Below, piece after piece: positions 62,455 to 64,000 of a DNA stretch of 64,000 bases. Source of the stretch: Candidatus Eiseniibacteriota bacterium (GTDB taxonomy: Bacteria > Eisenbacteria > RBG-16-71-46); NCBI GenBank assembly GCA_963744995.1, contig CAVUWA010000002.1, positions 1,172,079 through 1,236,078 on the forward strand, in the 5' to 3' direction. Below the pieces are notes generated by a model, which searched no databases, was not told the origin of the DNA, and saw only the letters and a program-made list of their open reading frames with translations. The position numbers were made by a program, and so were the translations under genes. The number at the start of each line of letters is the position of its first letter. The first letter of the stretch is position 1.

Positions 62455-62945
62455 CTACTTGCAGGGCACGGCTGAGTACTTCAAGTGGCCCCGCTCCTCC
62501 CAGCACGACCACGCGCTCAAGACAGAATCCACCTCCCAGCTTTCCATATCTCGCATCGCCAGTACCACTTTATACCAACGCGACTTGACAGAGTCATCTG
62601 AGCACATGTCAACAACAACAATTGCCGATGCCTTTCTCGGATCGCCGCCCAAGAGCTCACACGACACCTTCACCGATCTACAATCTCCTACATAGGGTAA
62701 CTCGCCCGCCACTGCTAACGCCAGCATCACCGGCGACTTTGCAATGTCTGTCGTCTCTGCATCACCAACAAGTTGCCTCACCGCCGTCCTGTCTATGACC
62801 CTTACGCTGTTAGGCCGAACACTCAGAGCATCCGCCCCACGCGCCTCACCTCGACACCCCCAAACCCCTCCCAGCATGACACACAAGACAATGCTCAAGC
62901 GCAATAGATGTTTGCCTGCCCATTTCCTCAATAGTGAATCTCTCA
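62455..62945 (-). CDS. Hypothetical exported protein
   Basis: Hydrophobic N-terminus ending VWGC; DDSV...WSC...RGH...PC; start uncertain. Confidence 0.4.
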
Positions 62946-63784
62946 CCGAAATGCCCCCCCTCCTCATGGCTAGGGGCCACACCCAGCAGCCCCATGATGG
63001 CCAACTCCATCGCTTCCAGGTCACCACAAGGGACCAGTTGTCCACACCTATGTCTCCCAACTACTTCGCCAATGCCACCAACATCGTAGGCCACCACCCT
63101 ACACCCGGCACTCAATGCCTCAAGAGCTACGAGCGACAATGATTCATACTCACTCGTTACAATCACCACATCCGCCTCACGATAGGCGGCAGCGACGGCG
63201 CGACCCGTCCAGTACCCATGCAGTGATACACGTTTGCTCAGGCCTCGTCTTGCGACTTCCATCGCAAGTTCCCCCATCTGGGGCCCTGCCCAACCAGGTG
63301 AAGTGACCCGTGACTGAGCCGCCTCAGGATTCTCTCAAACACCTCAACCGCGTGCAGCGGTCGCTTATCGCGGTCAATACGTCCAACGAACAGCAGTCGA
63401 GGCCGCTCACCCCAGTCGCGCCCATGCCGCTCTGAATCCCCACCTTCTTCGATTCCAGGGTACACCCTGAACGTCTTCCCAGATGCACTTGTGTGGCATG
63501 CTACTATGTGCTCCTTCAGCGCATCACTTGGGACGATCACTGCCCCTACCACACCGATCGCTCTCCCCCTCAACTGGACCAAGTACTGCCAATATCGGTC
63601 GTTTTGCGTTCTTCTCAGCTCCTCCGCCGTGTGAAGCGTCAACACAGTTGGTGCACCAAGACACGTCGTGGCACAAATGGCAGCCCAGCCTAGGCCATCG
63701 CCATGCACACAGACGAGCGGCCCAGCACCCCGAGACCGCATTCGCTCCACATTGTGTGCCAGGACGCTAGCCATCTCCCAGTTG
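62846..63784 (-). pseudogene. GT-B family 4 glycosyltransferase, frameshifted (~63275) and N-truncated by an oriIS end
   Basis: VLTLH, LLFVGRIDRDK in one frame; SEYESLSLVALEALSAG...DVGGIGE in the next. Confidence 0.8.
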
Positions 63785-64000
63785 TGAATAGGAACTCTCA
63801 GAGTCCCGGTGCGAAGTCTGCACCGCGCCTGCCGCCCGCGCCAGCCTGAAATCCCGCCGCTGTCGGCCGCGCGTCGCCGCGAGTGGCGTTCAGAACCCCG
63901 TGTGCTACCGCGCGCTTCGTTGGAAGCCCCGCACCCCGGGCGTTCACGTAGGTTCCGCACAGACGGGCCCCGCGACGCCTCCCGGAGTTCTCTTCCCGAG
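63785..64000 (-). mobile_element. IS91/ISCR-like oriIS end, continuing past the window
   Basis: TGAATAGGAACTCTCAGAGTCCCGG..., near-identical to 45090 and 52536. Confidence 0.9.

Noticed and set aside
33830..64000. Integron with attC cassettes
   Set aside because: The recombinase lacks the IntI N-domain and insertion; no RYYYAAC/GTTRRRY attC pairs found by eye
1..64000. tRNA or rRNA genes
   Set aside because: None recognised; GGTTCGA-like hits (e.g. ~18019) lack a cloverleaf

Overview
High-GC bacterial window. The gene content (secreted proteins with FlgD/T9SS-like C-termini, stand-alone GlmU N-domain, C-terminal xWGxxKxxYR proteins) suggests an FCB-related candidate lineage such as Eisenbacteria; this is inference. 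Bases 1-33.8 kb are mostly core chromosome: dapD, folB-folK-dNK-panB-panC-glmU(N)-HIT-LytR_C-tatA, SurA/PpiD, a PAS kinase plus sigma54 activator, uvrA, an atypical LuxR, rtcB, an eIF2B-like gene, a B12 radical SAM fusion, rng, rplU-rpmA. After the rpmA terminator the window becomes a mosaic accessory island. It holds six co-oriented IS91/ISCR-like rolling-circle ends that cut genes and join unrelated gene fragments, plus IS256, IS481 and ISL3 remnants. Best candidates for undescribed systems: (1) a FimB-like tyrosine recombinase beside a ~151-bp segment bounded by arm/6-bp-spacer/arm sites, present in this window in both orientations; (2) the Helitron-like IS91/ISCR fragment-capture array; (3) a shared C-terminal P-x4-[ST]WGx[LV]KxxYR tag on unrelated secreted proteins; (4) a sigma54-driven structured transcript encoding a 27-aa Lys-rich microprotein. 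All calls are by eye from sequence and motifs; no searches were run.
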